Positions 48,048-58,899 of a DNA stretch of 64,000 nt are shown piece after piece. Both the position numbers and the translations under genes were made by a program. Source of the stretch: an uncultured candidatus Porisulfidus sp. GTDB taxonomy: Bacteria > Pseudomonadota > Gammaproteobacteria > Poriferisulfidales > Poriferisulfidaceae. The DNA lies in NCBI GenBank assembly GCA_965199755.1, contig CBDASZ010000001.1:891397-955396 (forward strand). The letters run 5' to 3'. Each line of letters starts with the position of its first letter. Position 1 is the first letter of the stretch. The notes under the pieces are model-generated. The model was not told the DNA's origin, made no database searches, and saw only the letters and a program-made list of their open reading frames with translations.

Positions 48048-49968
48048 ATGTCATGCAACTCTGCCGCTTCGCGCCTTCCTGAAAAAACAGTTCAAGGACA
48101 CCTCAACGTCCACTCTGACGGCCACGGCACGGTCACCTCGGAGCACGGCGACACCACTCCTGTCTTTCTACCTTAGACCCAGATGCACGGCGCGATGCAC
48201 GGCGATCGAGTCGAGTGATGAGATCGTCTAATAGCCGATATGATTTAATCAGACCCCTCGGGCGTATCAAAAAAATCATCAAACGCAACCAGCTCACCGT
48301 CATCGGGCGGATGGAACTGGACGTAGATACGCACGTCGTCGTTTCAGTAGACCAGCGCATCCAGCATCTGTTTGAAAGTCTGGTGCGTCTATCGGGAGTC
48401 TGGTGCTGGCTACAATCATCCGCTTTCCTCATAACTGGCAGTACGGTACGGTTACAATCACCCGCATGCTGGATGAAACCCGCGATGATTTGGACACGGA
48501 TTTTGCGATCTCCTCGTTCGGCCTCCCCTGCACGTGGTCGGCGAAAGTCACGCAGGAACTGGAAGGCCTCGAGGCCCTGCCCGACCACCCTCAGCGCAAA
48601 GACCTAACCGACTTGCCGTTCGTCACGATTGACGGCAAGGACGCCCGCGACTTCGATGATGCCGTCTGTGTTCGCGCGCTGACAAAAGGCTGGACCTTGT
48701 GGGTGGCCATCGCCGATGTCGCGCATTACGTCCGCCCCGGCAGCGCTTTGGACCAGGAAGCTCGCCGACGCGGCACCTCGGTGTACTTCCCCAACCGCGT
48801 CATTCCCATGCTGCCACCGGAACTTTCCGAGGATCTATGTTCCCTGCGCCCGGACACCGAGCGCAAGGTGGTGGTCTGCGAGTTGCAACTCGACACCGAG
48901 GGCAAGACTCGCTCGGCCAAGTTCTATCTGGCCCGAATCCAGTCCCAATCCCGCATGACGTATTCGCTGGTGAACCAGATACTTTTTGAAAAGAATGTAA
49001 GCGTCAGAACATCCCACGCTAGGCTTTCGCAAGCGCTTGACCCGATGTGCGCTCTGTACCTCAAGCTCGCGACCCAACGCCAGCAGCGCGGCGCGCTGGA
49101 TTTCAGTGACATTGAATGCCGCTTCAAGTTCGACGCACAAGGGAAAGTTACCGGACTGCAGCCCTTGCAGCGCCTCGACTCGCATCGGATGATTGAAGAG
49201 TTTATGATCGCGGCCAATATCTCGGCCGCGCGCTTTATTGAAAAGCATGCCAGTTGCGGCCTGTACCGAGTGCATGACGCCCCTCAGGAAGAAAAACTCA
49301 ACACGCTGCGTACTCTAGTGGCCCGGCTGGGCTTCCCGTTTTCCGAAAGCAATTTAGTACAGCCACGCGATTGCGCGAACTTTCTGGAAGAGATCCGCGG
49401 CAGCCATCATCAGATTCTGATGGAACGCGCATTGCTGCGCACGCAGAGCCTGTCCGTTTACTCGCCCGACAACATCGGTCACTTCGGACTCGCGCTGAAT
49501 CACTACACGCACTTCACCTCGCCAATTCGCCGCTACCCGGACCTGTGCGTCCACCGCATGATCCGTCGCATTATCAGCCCGGAAAAGGCAAACGGGTCTC
49601 CGCCATCCCACCCGCGCGTGAAAGATCTGGGACAGCACTGCTCAGATATGGAACGTCGCGCCACAAAAGCGGTCTGGGATGTCGAGGCCGCATTGAAATG
49701 CCGCCTGATCGAGCCGTATATCGGGCAAATCTGCCGCGGCACCATCAGCACCATCACCTCGTTCGGGATGTTCGTGGAACTGGAAGACTTCTACACCGAA
49801 GGTCTGATCCATGTGCGCAATCTGTCGGACTACTACCGACACGACCCGGACACCCAAAGCCTGACCGGCAATCGCTCCGGCAACATCTGGCATTGCGGAC
49901 AGCAACTCGATGTCACCATTGTCTCGGTCGACGTGCGCGAACGCAAAATTGACTTGCATCCCGCCTAA
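48048..49968 (+). CDS. rnr: ribonuclease R; RNB + S1 intact (48403..49968), N-terminal cold-shock region disrupted
   Basis: TIDGKDARDFDDA, GTSVYFP, HFTSPIRRYPD, S1 domain. Upstream pieces (G..H.DG.G, MHGDRV) are split by TAG 48174 and frameshifts. Confidence 0.85.
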
Positions 49969-49997
49969 ACGCACAAAATTCCCTTAACATAAGGGCC

Positions 49998-50732
49998 ATG
50001 GAGTTGATTTACGGTCAGCACGCCGTGCAGGCGGTGCTGGAAACCCGCCCGCAAGCTGTCACCGAACTCTGGCTGCTGCGCTCGGACCGCGAGCATGCCA
50101 CCCTGCGCATCCTTGCCACCGAGGCCGGGATTCCGATCCAGCACGTCAGTGCTGAAGCCCTGCGCAAACACACCGAGGACGGTGCCCATCAGGGCATCGC
50201 GGTGCGCGTCCGCCCTCAGCCTCCTTTGGGTGAGCGCGATCTTGCCACTCTGGTGCAAGACAGCGCCGAGCATGGTCGATTCCTGGTGCTAGACGGCATC
50301 ACAGACCCGCATAATCTTGGCAGTTGTCTACGGATTGCCGAGTCAGCTGGCGTCACCGCCGTCATCGCACCGACGCGCCGGCAAGCCTCCCTGTCCGCCA
50401 GCGTCTACAAAAGTGCTTCCGGCTCGGCCGAGCGTGTGCCGCTGATACACACCGCCAACCTGGCGCGGTCACTGGAAGCACTCAAGGCTGCGGGCATCTG
50501 GCTGTACGCAGCCTGCGGTGAGGGAGGCACCAGCCTGTGGGAGACATCTTTTCAGGCTCCTTGGGCGATCGTGCTCGGCAGCGAAGGCGACGGCATTCGC
50601 GCCCGCACACGGGCGCTGTGTGATTTCACGGTGCGCATCCCCATGCAAGGCAAGATTGAAAGCCTGAACATCGCCACCGCCGCCGGCGTGCTATTGTTTG
50701 AAGCCAACAGACAAGGGGCTTCCTCAGCATGA
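49998..50732 (+). CDS. rlmB: 23S rRNA Gm2251 2'-O-methyltransferase
   Basis: IYG.HAV, HQGI, LDGITDPHNLG, GSEGDG, IPM.G..ESLN; follows rnr. Confidence 0.95.
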   Translation: MELIYGQHAVQAVLETRPQAVTELWLLRSDREHATLRILATEAGIPIQHVSAEALRKHTEDGAHQGIAVRVRPQPPLGERDLATLVQDSAEHGRFLVLDGITDPHNLGSCLRIAESAGVTAVIAPTRRQASLSASVYKSASGSAERVPLIHTANLARSLEALKAAGIWLYAACGEGGTSLWETSFQAPWAIVLGSEGDGIRARTRALCDFTVRIPMQGKIESLNIATAAGVLLFEANRQGASSA

Positions 50733-50742
50733 AGGCAGAGAC

Positions 50743-52020
50743 ATGAAGATACTGGTCATCGGCGGCGGTGGCCGGGAACACGCTCTGGCGTGGAAACTGG
50801 CGCAATCCTCTCGCACCGATGAAGTGTTCGTCGCGCCCGGCAATGCCGGCACCGCGCAAGAACCCAAACTACGCAACCTATCGCTTGCGGCGAATGACAC
50901 CGACGGATTGTTCGAGTTCGCTCGAACGCAAGACATTGATCTCACGGTCGTGGGCCCTGAAGATCCTCTGGCCGCCGGGCTGGTCGATCGCTTCGAGGAT
51001 GCCGGCTGCCGCATTCTGGGACCGAAGCAAGCGCCAGCGCAACTGGAAAGCTCCAAAGGGTTCTGCAAGGACTTCATGCAGCGACACCATATCCCGACGG
51101 CTCGCTATCAGCGCTTCGATGCGCTGGAGCCAGCACTCGACGCTTTATCTGACTACTCTCTTCCGGTCGTTATCAAGGCTGACGGACTGGCCGCTGGCAA
51201 AGGCGTCATCGTCGCGACCGCACACGCGCAAGCCGAACAGACATTGCAGAACATGTTGCGCGACGCGCGCTTCAAGGACGCCGGCAAGGCGGTGGTGATC
51301 GAGGAGTTTCTACACGGAGAAGAGGCGAGTTTCATCTGTCTGGTAGACGGCACTGATGTCCTGCCTTTGGCTTCCTCTCAGGATCACAAGGCGCGCGACG
51401 ATGGTGGCCTGGGGCCAAATACCGGCGGCATGGGAGCCTACTCACCCGCACCTTTGGTCACGCCCGAACTGCATACGCGCATCATGAATGAGATCATTCA
51501 GCCTACGGTCGCCGGACTGACCGAGGAAGGCATGCACTATCGCGGATTCTTGTATGCCGGACTGATGGTGGATGCCAACGGCAATCCGTCGGTGCTGGAA
51601 TACAACTGCCGCTTTGGCGACCCGGAGACCCAGCCAATTCTGATGCGGCTGGAGTCGGATTTTCTGGAGCTGTGTCTGGCTGCCACCGAAGGACAACTTG
51701 GCACTGTTACAGCGCAGTGGGATCCGTGCCCGGCGCTCGGCGTAGTGCTGGCGATTCGCGACTATCCCGATACCTACCCCAAAGGCGTCCCTATTGATGG
51801 GCTTGCGCAAGCCGCGCAAGACTCGGACGTCAAGGTATTCCACGCCGGTACAAAAGAAACCGAGGGGCGCATCGTGACGAATGGCGGGCGTGTATTGTGC
51901 GTGGTGGCGCGTGACGCAACACTGGCGCAGGCGCAACAGCGCGCCTATCAGGCATCGGATGCCATTCGTTTTGACGGAGTGTTTTGTCGCCGCGATATTG
52001 GTGCGGCAGCGCTGGACTGA
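50743..52020 (+). CDS. purD: phosphoribosylamine--glycine ligase
   Basis: GGGGREHA, APGNAG, KADGLAAGKGV, NTGGMGAYSP, RFGDPETQ; start ATG 50743. Confidence 0.98.
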   Translation: MKILVIGGGGREHALAWKLAQSSRTDEVFVAPGNAGTAQEPKLRNLSLAANDTDGLFEFARTQDIDLTVVGPEDPLAAGLVDRFEDAGCRILGPKQAPAQLESSKGFCKDFMQRHHIPTARYQRFDALEPALDALSDYSLPVVIKADGLAAGKGVIVATAHAQAEQTLQNMLRDARFKDAGKAVVIEEFLHGEEASFICLVDGTDVLPLASSQDHKARDDGGLGPNTGGMGAYSPAPLVTPELHTRIMNEIIQPTVAGLTEEGMHYRGFLYAGLMVDANGNPSVLEYNCRFGDPETQPILMRLESDFLELCLAATEGQLGTVTAQWDPCPALGVVLAIRDYPDTYPKGVPIDGLAQAAQDSDVKVFHAGTKETEGRIVTNGGRVLCVVARDATLAQAQQRAYQASDAIRFDGVFCRRDIGAAALD

Positions 52021-52023
52021 CGC

Positions 52024-53280
52024 TTAGCGCGTCATCGCCTCGAAAAACTCCACATTGGTCTTGGTCGCCTGCATCTTGCCAAGCAGGAATTCCATGGCGG
52101 CGATCTCGTCCATGGAATGGACGAATTTGCGCAGTACCCAAATCTTCTGCAATTCTGGCGCGTCAATCAGCAATTCCTCGCGTCGCGTACCGGAGCGATT
52201 GATGTTGATAGACGGATACACCCGCTTCTCGGCAATACGCCGGTCCAGATGAATCTCCAGATTACCAGTGCCCTTGAATTCCTCGTAGATCACCTCATCC
52301 ATCTTGGAGCCGGTGTCGACCAACGCGGTGGCGATAATAGTCAGGCTGCCACCCTCTTCAATATTCCGCGCGGCACCGAAGAAGCGCTTCGGTCTTTGCA
52401 GGGCGTTCGCATCCACACCGCCCGTCAACACCTTGCCGGAGGACGGAGCCACCGTGTTGTAGGCGCGTGCCAGGCGTGTGATGGAGTCCAGCAGAATCAC
52501 CACATCGCGGCGATGCTCAACCAGACGGCGCGCTTTCTCAATGGCAATCTCCGAGACCTGCACATGGCGGGCAGCCGCCTCATCAAAAGTGCTAGAGACG
52601 ACATCGCCTTGCACCATCCGTTCCATTTCGGTGACTTCCTCCGGGCGCTCATCGATCAGCAACACGATTAGATAGCATTCCGGGTGGTTCTGCGCGATGC
52701 TCTGGGCGATGTTCTGCAGCAGAATGGTCTTGCCCGCTTTCGGCGGTGACACAATCAGGCCACGTTGCCCCTTGCCAATCGGCGCGGTCAAGTCGATGAT
52801 ACGTGACGTAATGTCTTCAGTACTGCCGTTGCCGCGCTCAAGTTTCAGGCACTGGTCCGGGTGCAGCGGCGTGAGATTTTCAAACAGCGTCTTGTGACGC
52901 GCGCGCTCCGGTTTCTCATAATTGATCTCGGAGACTTTAAGCAGCGCGAAATAGCGCTCACTCTCTTTTGGCGGGCGAATCTTGCCAGACACCGTGTCGC
53001 CAGAACGCAAGCCAAAGCGGCGAATCTGGTTCGGTGAGACATAAATGTCATCCACGCCGGACTGGTAGGACACGTCCGGGGAGCGCAGAAAGCCAAATCC
53101 CTCCTGCAGGATTTCGAGCACGCCTTCGCCAAAAATATCTTCGCCACGCCGTGCGTGCGCTTTTAGCAGCTGGAAGATAAGGTCTTGTTTGCGAGCTCGG
53201 GAGGTGTTTTCGATGCCCATCTCGTCCGCAATCTCGAGCAGTTGCGTGATGGGAGTTTGCTTGAGTTCGGTTAGATTCAT
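52024..53280 (-). CDS. rho: transcription termination factor Rho
   Basis: [44 protein letters not shown]. Confidence 0.99.
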   Translation of the reverse strand: MNLTELKQTPITQLLEIADEMGIENTSRARKQDLIFQLLKAHARRGEDIFGEGVLEILQEGFGFLRSPDVSYQSGVDDIYVSPNQIRRFGLRSGDTVSGKIRPPKESERYFALLKVSEINYEKPERARHKTLFENLTPLHPDQCLKLERGNGSTEDITSRIIDLTAPIGKGQRGLIVSPPKAGKTILLQNIAQSIAQNHPECYLIVLLIDERPEEVTEMERMVQGDVVSSTFDEAAARHVQVSEIAIEKARRLVEHRRDVVILLDSITRLARAYNTVAPSSGKVLTGGVDANALQRPKRFFGAARNIEEGGSLTIIATALVDTGSKMDEVIYEEFKGTGNLEIHLDRRIAEKRVYPSININRSGTRREELLIDAPELQKIWVLRKFVHSMDEIAAMEFLLGKMQATKTNVEFFEAMTR

Positions 53281-53500
53281 AAGTGATATTCCAGAAATAA
53301 TGTGAAGATGATCTAGTGAGGTGATATTGCGTCGATCGGACGCAAAAGTATTGAGGTGTCGCCCGCGTGAGGCGGGGTATCAGATTATCGGATGATTATG
53401 GCTGGCGGGCGAATGCCGGTGCCAGATGCGGGTGTAGTATAGCACAGGTATCAGGGCACCCATTACAATAGGCGCTTCAAATTTCACTCCCTGCTCACGC

Positions 53501-54685
53501 ATGATTAGTACATACGCCAGCGAGCGTCTGACGCCGCTTATTGTCGACGACTCCGAACAACAGGTCGCCCTGCGCGCCGAAGCAGAAACCCTGCCGCAAC
53601 TGTCTTTGAACTCGGCCGCTATTTCCAACGCGGTAATGCTGGCAGCCGGTTATTTCACGCCGCTACCCAGCTACATGAGCGCCGCCGACGCACTGCGCGT
53701 GGGCCGTGAGATGCACACCGAATCCGGCTTGTTCTGGCCGACGCCGGTTCTCAACCAGACTTCCGATGCAGCAGCCATTGGCGATGCCGTGCGCATTGCG
53801 TTGCGTGACACCAATCGCGACGGCGATCCGATCTTCGCTGTGCAGCAAGTGACTTCCGTGGATACTCTCGCGGAGGACGATTTCATGCAACTGGTCGAAC
53901 AGGTTTATGGCACGACTGATACCGAACATCCGGGAGTGGCGACATTTATTGAAAATGGCCGCACCATAATCGGCGGTCCGATCGAAGTACTGGATTACAG
54001 CTATTTCCCGCACGAGTTCGCGGACACCTTCCGCACCGCCATGCAGATTCGCGACGGCATTGCGGAACGAGGCTGGAACCGCGTGGTCGCCTTTCAAACC
54101 CGCAATCCGATGCACCGAGCGCATGAAGAGTTGTGCAAGATGGCGCTGGAGCGTGTCGATGCCGACGGCGTACTGGTGCACATGCTGCTCGGTCGCCTGA
54201 AACCCGGAGATATTCCGGCACCGGTACGCGATGCCGCAATTCGCAAAATGGTGGAGTTGTATTTCCCCAAGAACACCGTGATGATCACCGGCTACGGCTT
54301 TGACATGCTGTACGCGGGACCACGTGAGGCCGTGCTGCATGCGATCTTCCGGCAAAACTGCGGCTGCAGTCACATGATTGTCGGGCGTGACCATGCGGGT
54401 GTCGGCGACTACTACGGTGCCTTTGACGCGCAAACCGTCTTCGATACAAATGTCCCCGAAGGCACGCTGGACATTGAGATCTTCCGCGCCGATCACACCG
54501 CCTACTCGAAGAAACTCAATCAGGTCGTCATGATGCGTGATGTCACCGACCATGAAATGGAAGATTTCGTACTGCTCTCCGGTACGCGAGTGCGTGAAAT
54601 GCTGAGTCAGGGCCAGCCACTGCCATCAGAATTCGCGCGCCCAGAGATCGCGCAGATTCTGATGGACTACTACCAGAGTCTTTAA
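53501..54685 (+). CDS. sat: sulfate adenylyltransferase (homo-oligomeric ATP sulfurylase)
   Basis: VVAFQTRNPMHRAHE, YAGPREAVLHA.FRQN.GC, IVGRDHAGVG, LSGTRVREML; no APS kinase domain. Confidence 0.95.
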   Translation: MISTYASERLTPLIVDDSEQQVALRAEAETLPQLSLNSAAISNAVMLAAGYFTPLPSYMSAADALRVGREMHTESGLFWPTPVLNQTSDAAAIGDAVRIALRDTNRDGDPIFAVQQVTSVDTLAEDDFMQLVEQVYGTTDTEHPGVATFIENGRTIIGGPIEVLDYSYFPHEFADTFRTAMQIRDGIAERGWNRVVAFQTRNPMHRAHEELCKMALERVDADGVLVHMLLGRLKPGDIPAPVRDAAIRKMVELYFPKNTVMITGYGFDMLYAGPREAVLHAIFRQNCGCSHMIVGRDHAGVGDYYGAFDAQTVFDTNVPEGTLDIEIFRADHTAYSKKLNQVVMMRDVTDHEMEDFVLLSGTRVREMLSQGQPLPSEFARPEIAQILMDYYQSL

Positions 54686-54688
54686 CAC

Positions 54689-55021
54689 ATGCTACAGCGC
54701 ATTGCTGAACTCGGCGTCCTGCGTCTGGGCCTGCTTGCGATTGCAGTCATCGCCAGCCTGTTCGCGGCTCCTCCAGGCATCGAGCTAAACCCGTACGGCT
54801 GGGATGCGCTGACCACGCTGGTGCTGCCGGCCGCGGCACCTCTGGTGCTGTTCGTGATCCTGTTCGATGTGATGATGTCAGGCGTGCAGCTGAACGCCGC
54901 GACTGACGCTGCGCATCGGACGCACTGGCGCTTTGCCTTGGCGGCTGATTTGATTGTCGCGGCGGTGCTGGTGTTGTCTTGGTGGCCTTTCTTTCAGGCA
55001 GTGTTCACGTCAGAAGTTTAG
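54689..55021 (+). CDS. hypothetical membrane protein (about 3 TM helices)
   Basis: Starts 3 bp after the sat stop; hydrophobic segments; host-like GC. Confidence 0.7.
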   Translation: MLQRIAELGVLRLGLLAIAVIASLFAAPPGIELNPYGWDALTTLVLPAAAPLVLFVILFDVMMSGVQLNAATDAAHRTHWRFALAADLIVAAVLVLSWWPFFQAVFTSEV

Positions 55022-55582
55022 GAGTGCGGGACCATAAGCGTCCCTTATCAATCCAGTAACTATAGAGAAGCCTCTGTCGTAAATGCCATTGTCGAATCTT
55101 GTCTTGCCGGAAGTGATTTTTGGATTTGAGATCAATTGTTGACCTAACTTGGGTTTTGCATTGCTAAATACCCACACTTCTTCCCACAGCCATGGCAGCA
55201 TCTGCTTCCGCGCATGTTGGTGAAGAGACCCATGAACATAAGCCGGTGCCCTATTGCTCCTGATGATGCCACCATAGGTACATTTCGAGTGCTTAAGCGG
55301 TCGCCTAAAAAGCCATTCCTTCCCAGAAAATGACTCCACAACCCGGAGGTTGCAAGGCACTGATTATGACGAAACCATCGCGCAAGCAAATAATGGAACT
55401 TATAGGGGAGAGTTGACAAGACCGTATTTTAGATTTCCTTGATGGTTGGCTTTCCGTATCGGTCAACCCGCATCACAAACTTCCGCTCCAAGTCGGGTTT
55501 GGTCGGCTTCGGTATGCACCTTATGCCGATCTGGTGTGGTGCGAGACCGGCACACCGGATTCGGAGTTTGCCAGAGAGGCTC

Positions 55583-58500
55583 CTACCAGCGTAGCGTCCC
55601 CTTCAGTATGATGCCGCTCTCAGAGCCGTCGGAGGTCTCATCATGGGTGCCCTCAAGGCTCAGTTCAAATGACGAAGGTCTGGTGTGGCGCGAACCGATC
55701 CGATAGCGAACGGCTCCGCCGCCTCCCAACTCAACCCCGGTATACGACGTCAGCAAACCGGAAGCATACCCGATCCCATAGCCGAGTTCTGCCTGCATCC
55801 GACTTCCTGACCTCTGGGACCCGATCTCCGTCATGTTCCATGTACTCGTCTCCCACAATCGATCTATGCCGCTCGACGCAGTACCCCATTCAGAGCGCAC
55901 ATTCAATGAAAGCCCATGCCCTGCACTATCCGGTGCGTAGTTCAAAACTCCGCTCAGACCGCGCTCCAGTACGTCGCCATCTGTCACCAGTACACGCCCG
56001 CCCAGATCCAGAGACAAACGGCCCGAACTATCCTTAAATTCAAGTCCGGCACCAATCTCCGCGCCCGTGCCCGAGGAACCGTCGCCACCGTCCGCACGCA
56101 TGCCAACTTCTAGTGACGGCGTCACGCGCGAGCCAGAGGCTGTCTCATACAACCAGTTTCCTTCCACCGCGATACGCACTCGGCTCGCATCCACGTTAAT
56201 GTTGTCGTTGTCTCTAACATCCACTCTGGCGAAGTGACCTTCGCCTTTCAACACAAGATTCATCGCGTCTCGCTTCAGCAATGTCCCGCTCGCTCCTGCC
56301 GAGGCCGTCTTCAGGGTGGTATCGTGCACATGAGAATCAAAATCCACGTCTTCTATAGTGAACTCACCTTCTCCATAGCCCAGACTCGCCCACAGACCAA
56401 AATTGTTGCTTGGCGTCCATGCAACCCAAGGATGGACACTCAGCATCTGGTTGTCGTAGGCCCCCGCAAGATCATCATCCTTGTAATCGAAACTGCCATC
56501 AGACCAAGACACCACCAGACCTGCCAGCAGTTGCTCACGGAGCCGGGCATCAAGGCCCAGTTGCGCTCCGCGCCGCGAACCTTCCCAATTGAGGAGATCG
56601 CCATCACCCTCCATGCTCTGCCATGAACCTTGACCCCAGATCTCCATCTGCGTGGTTCTTCTGGAACCCGTATTCAGTTGCAAGGGGATGACAAAGGAGG
56701 TGCCGTCGAACCACTGACTCGTCGTTGGCTCCAAAATACCCGCGTAGGTCCCATCTATGCCCAGACTGCTCGGATCACGTATCTCGTACATCTCTGCCGG
56801 TGGTGGCGTCTCAGAACTCACTGCCTGGCCTGCGATGCGGAATCTGCCTTGTCTGGAAGTGCCGACATTCCGAATGCGCTGCGTAATCGTATGAGTAACG
56901 TCATCGACGATCGCCAGAGCACTGCGTGATTCTATTTCCTCTATAAGATCCCGGAACATTGGTGCAGCTCCGAAGTCCGGTACCATGCTGTCATCGATCC
57001 GCACGCTTACCGTGAACTCCTGAATCACATACGTCGTCCCATCTGTCACGCCTACCCGGATGGTGACGCTTCCTACCTTGAGGGGCGTAATTGTCAGCAC
57101 ATTGCTGGCTCCGGGAGTCTTGTCATAGGCGGTCAGTTCCAGTGGACTCACCGTGGCAATCTCCGTATCCCGTGATACTGCCCGGTAACGCAAGGATTCA
57201 TCATCTGCATCCATTGCGTCAATGGCTACCTCCAAGGGTCTCCCGACTGCCGCTGTCTGATCCTCGATGGCTGCGATAGTCGGGGGCGGGTTCCTTGGGG
57301 TGCCTTCCCCGATGCTGGGAAGGCCGTTCGCGTCTTGCGCTGTCCTCGCCCATACCCGAATGATGTAGCGCATCCCGTTGGTCAAATCCGCTATCTCATG
57401 ATTTGTGCCGGACACATCTATCGGTTCCGTTAGAAACTCCTGGTCCGGTCCGACAAGCCGATATTGCACCTGGTAACCTGTCGCACCGGTCACCGAATCC
57501 CAACTCACGGCCAGCTTCGTGTCTTTCTCTGTAATCTGCAGATTCCCAGGCGCCGGCAATGAATTATGTACGCTTACCGTGAACTCCTGAACCACATACG
57601 TCGTCCCATCTGTCACGCCTACCCGGATGGTGACGCTTCCTACCTTGAGGGGCGTAATTGTCAGCACATTGCTGGCTCCGGGAGTCCCGTCATAGGCGGT
57701 CTGCAGCAGTGGACTCACTGTGGCGACCTCCGTATCCCGTGATACTGCCCAGTAGCGCAAGGATTCATCATCTGCATCCATTGCGTCAATGGCTACCTCC
57801 AAGGGTCTCCCGACTGCCGCTGTCTGATCCTCGATGGCTGCGATAGTCGGGGGCGGGTTCCTTGGGGTGCCTTCCCCGATGCTGGGAAGGCCGTTCGCGT
57901 CTTGCGCTGTCCTCGCCCATACCCGAATGATGTAGCGCATCCCGTTGGTCAAATCCGCTATCTCGTAATTTGTGCCAGACACAACTTTCGGATTCTCCAG
58001 AAACTCCTGGTCCGGTCCGACAAGCCGATAATTCAGCTGGTAATCCTTCGCGCCGGTCACCGAATCCCAACTCACGGCCAGCTTCGCGTCCTTCTCTGTA
58101 ATCTGCAGATTCCCAGGCGCCGGCAATGAATTATGTACGCTTACCGTGAACTCCTGAATCACATACGTCGTCCCATCTGTCACGCCTGCACGGATGGTGA
58201 CGCTTCCTACCTTGAGGGGCGTAATTGTCAGCACATTGCTGGCTCCGGGAGTCTTGTCATAGGCGGTCAGTTCCAGTGGACTCACCGTGGCAATCTCCGT
58301 ATCCCGTGATACTGCCCGGTAACGCAAGGATTCATCATCTGCATCCATTGCGTCAATGGCTACCTCCAAGGGTCTCCCGACTGCCGCTGTCTGATCCTCG
58401 ATGGCTGCGATAGTCGGGGGCGGGTTCCTTGGGGTGCCTTCCCCGATGCTGGGAAGGCCGTTCGCGTCTTGCGCTGTCCTCGCCCATACCCGAATGATGT

Positions 58501-58899
58501 AGCGCATCCCGTTGGTCAAATCCGCTATCTCGTAATTTGTGCCAGACACAACTTTCGGATTCTCCAGAAACTCCTGGTCCGGTCCGACAAGCCGATAATT
58601 CAGCTGGTAATCCTTCGCGCCGGTCACCGAATCCCAACTCACGGCCAGCTTCGCGTCCTTCTCTGTAATCTGCAGATTCCCAGGCGCCGGCAATGAATTA
58701 TGTACGCTTACCGTGAACTCCTGAATCACATACGTCGTCCCATCTGTCACGCCTGCACGGATGGTGACGCTTCCTACCTTGAGGGGCGTAATTGTCAGCA
58801 CATTGCTGGCTCCGGGAGTCTTGTCATAGGCGGTCAGTTCCAGTGGACTCACCGTGGCAATCTCCGTATCCCGTGATACTGCCCGGTAACGCAAGGATT
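55583..58899 (-). CDS. autotransporter adhesin with cadherin-like/FN3 repeats; 5' end truncated at the 58899/58900 junction
   Basis: C-terminal beta-barrel-like region (WGQGS..., GLDA, PW..W, ending LKGTLRW) preceded by about 3.3 units of 189 aa. The ORF-track start (MSAHC...) is antisense repeat sequence, not a signal peptide. Confidence 0.85.
57003..58899 (-). repeat. 567-bp tandem repeat, about 3.3 units, one diverged
   Basis: Shadow ORFs recur every 567 bp; substitutions concentrated in about 57400-57755. Confidence 0.95.

Noticed and set aside
48174-48218. Programmed recoding (amber read-through or selenocysteine) in rnr
   Set aside because: The stop is accompanied by two frameshifts, and other genes use TAG and TGA as ordinary stops; decay is the simpler explanation.
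57400-57755. Diversity-generating retroelement template/variable repeat pair
   Set aside because: Differences are not restricted to adenines (CGT>CGC, CGG>TGG, ACG>ACA) and there is no reverse transcriptase in the window.
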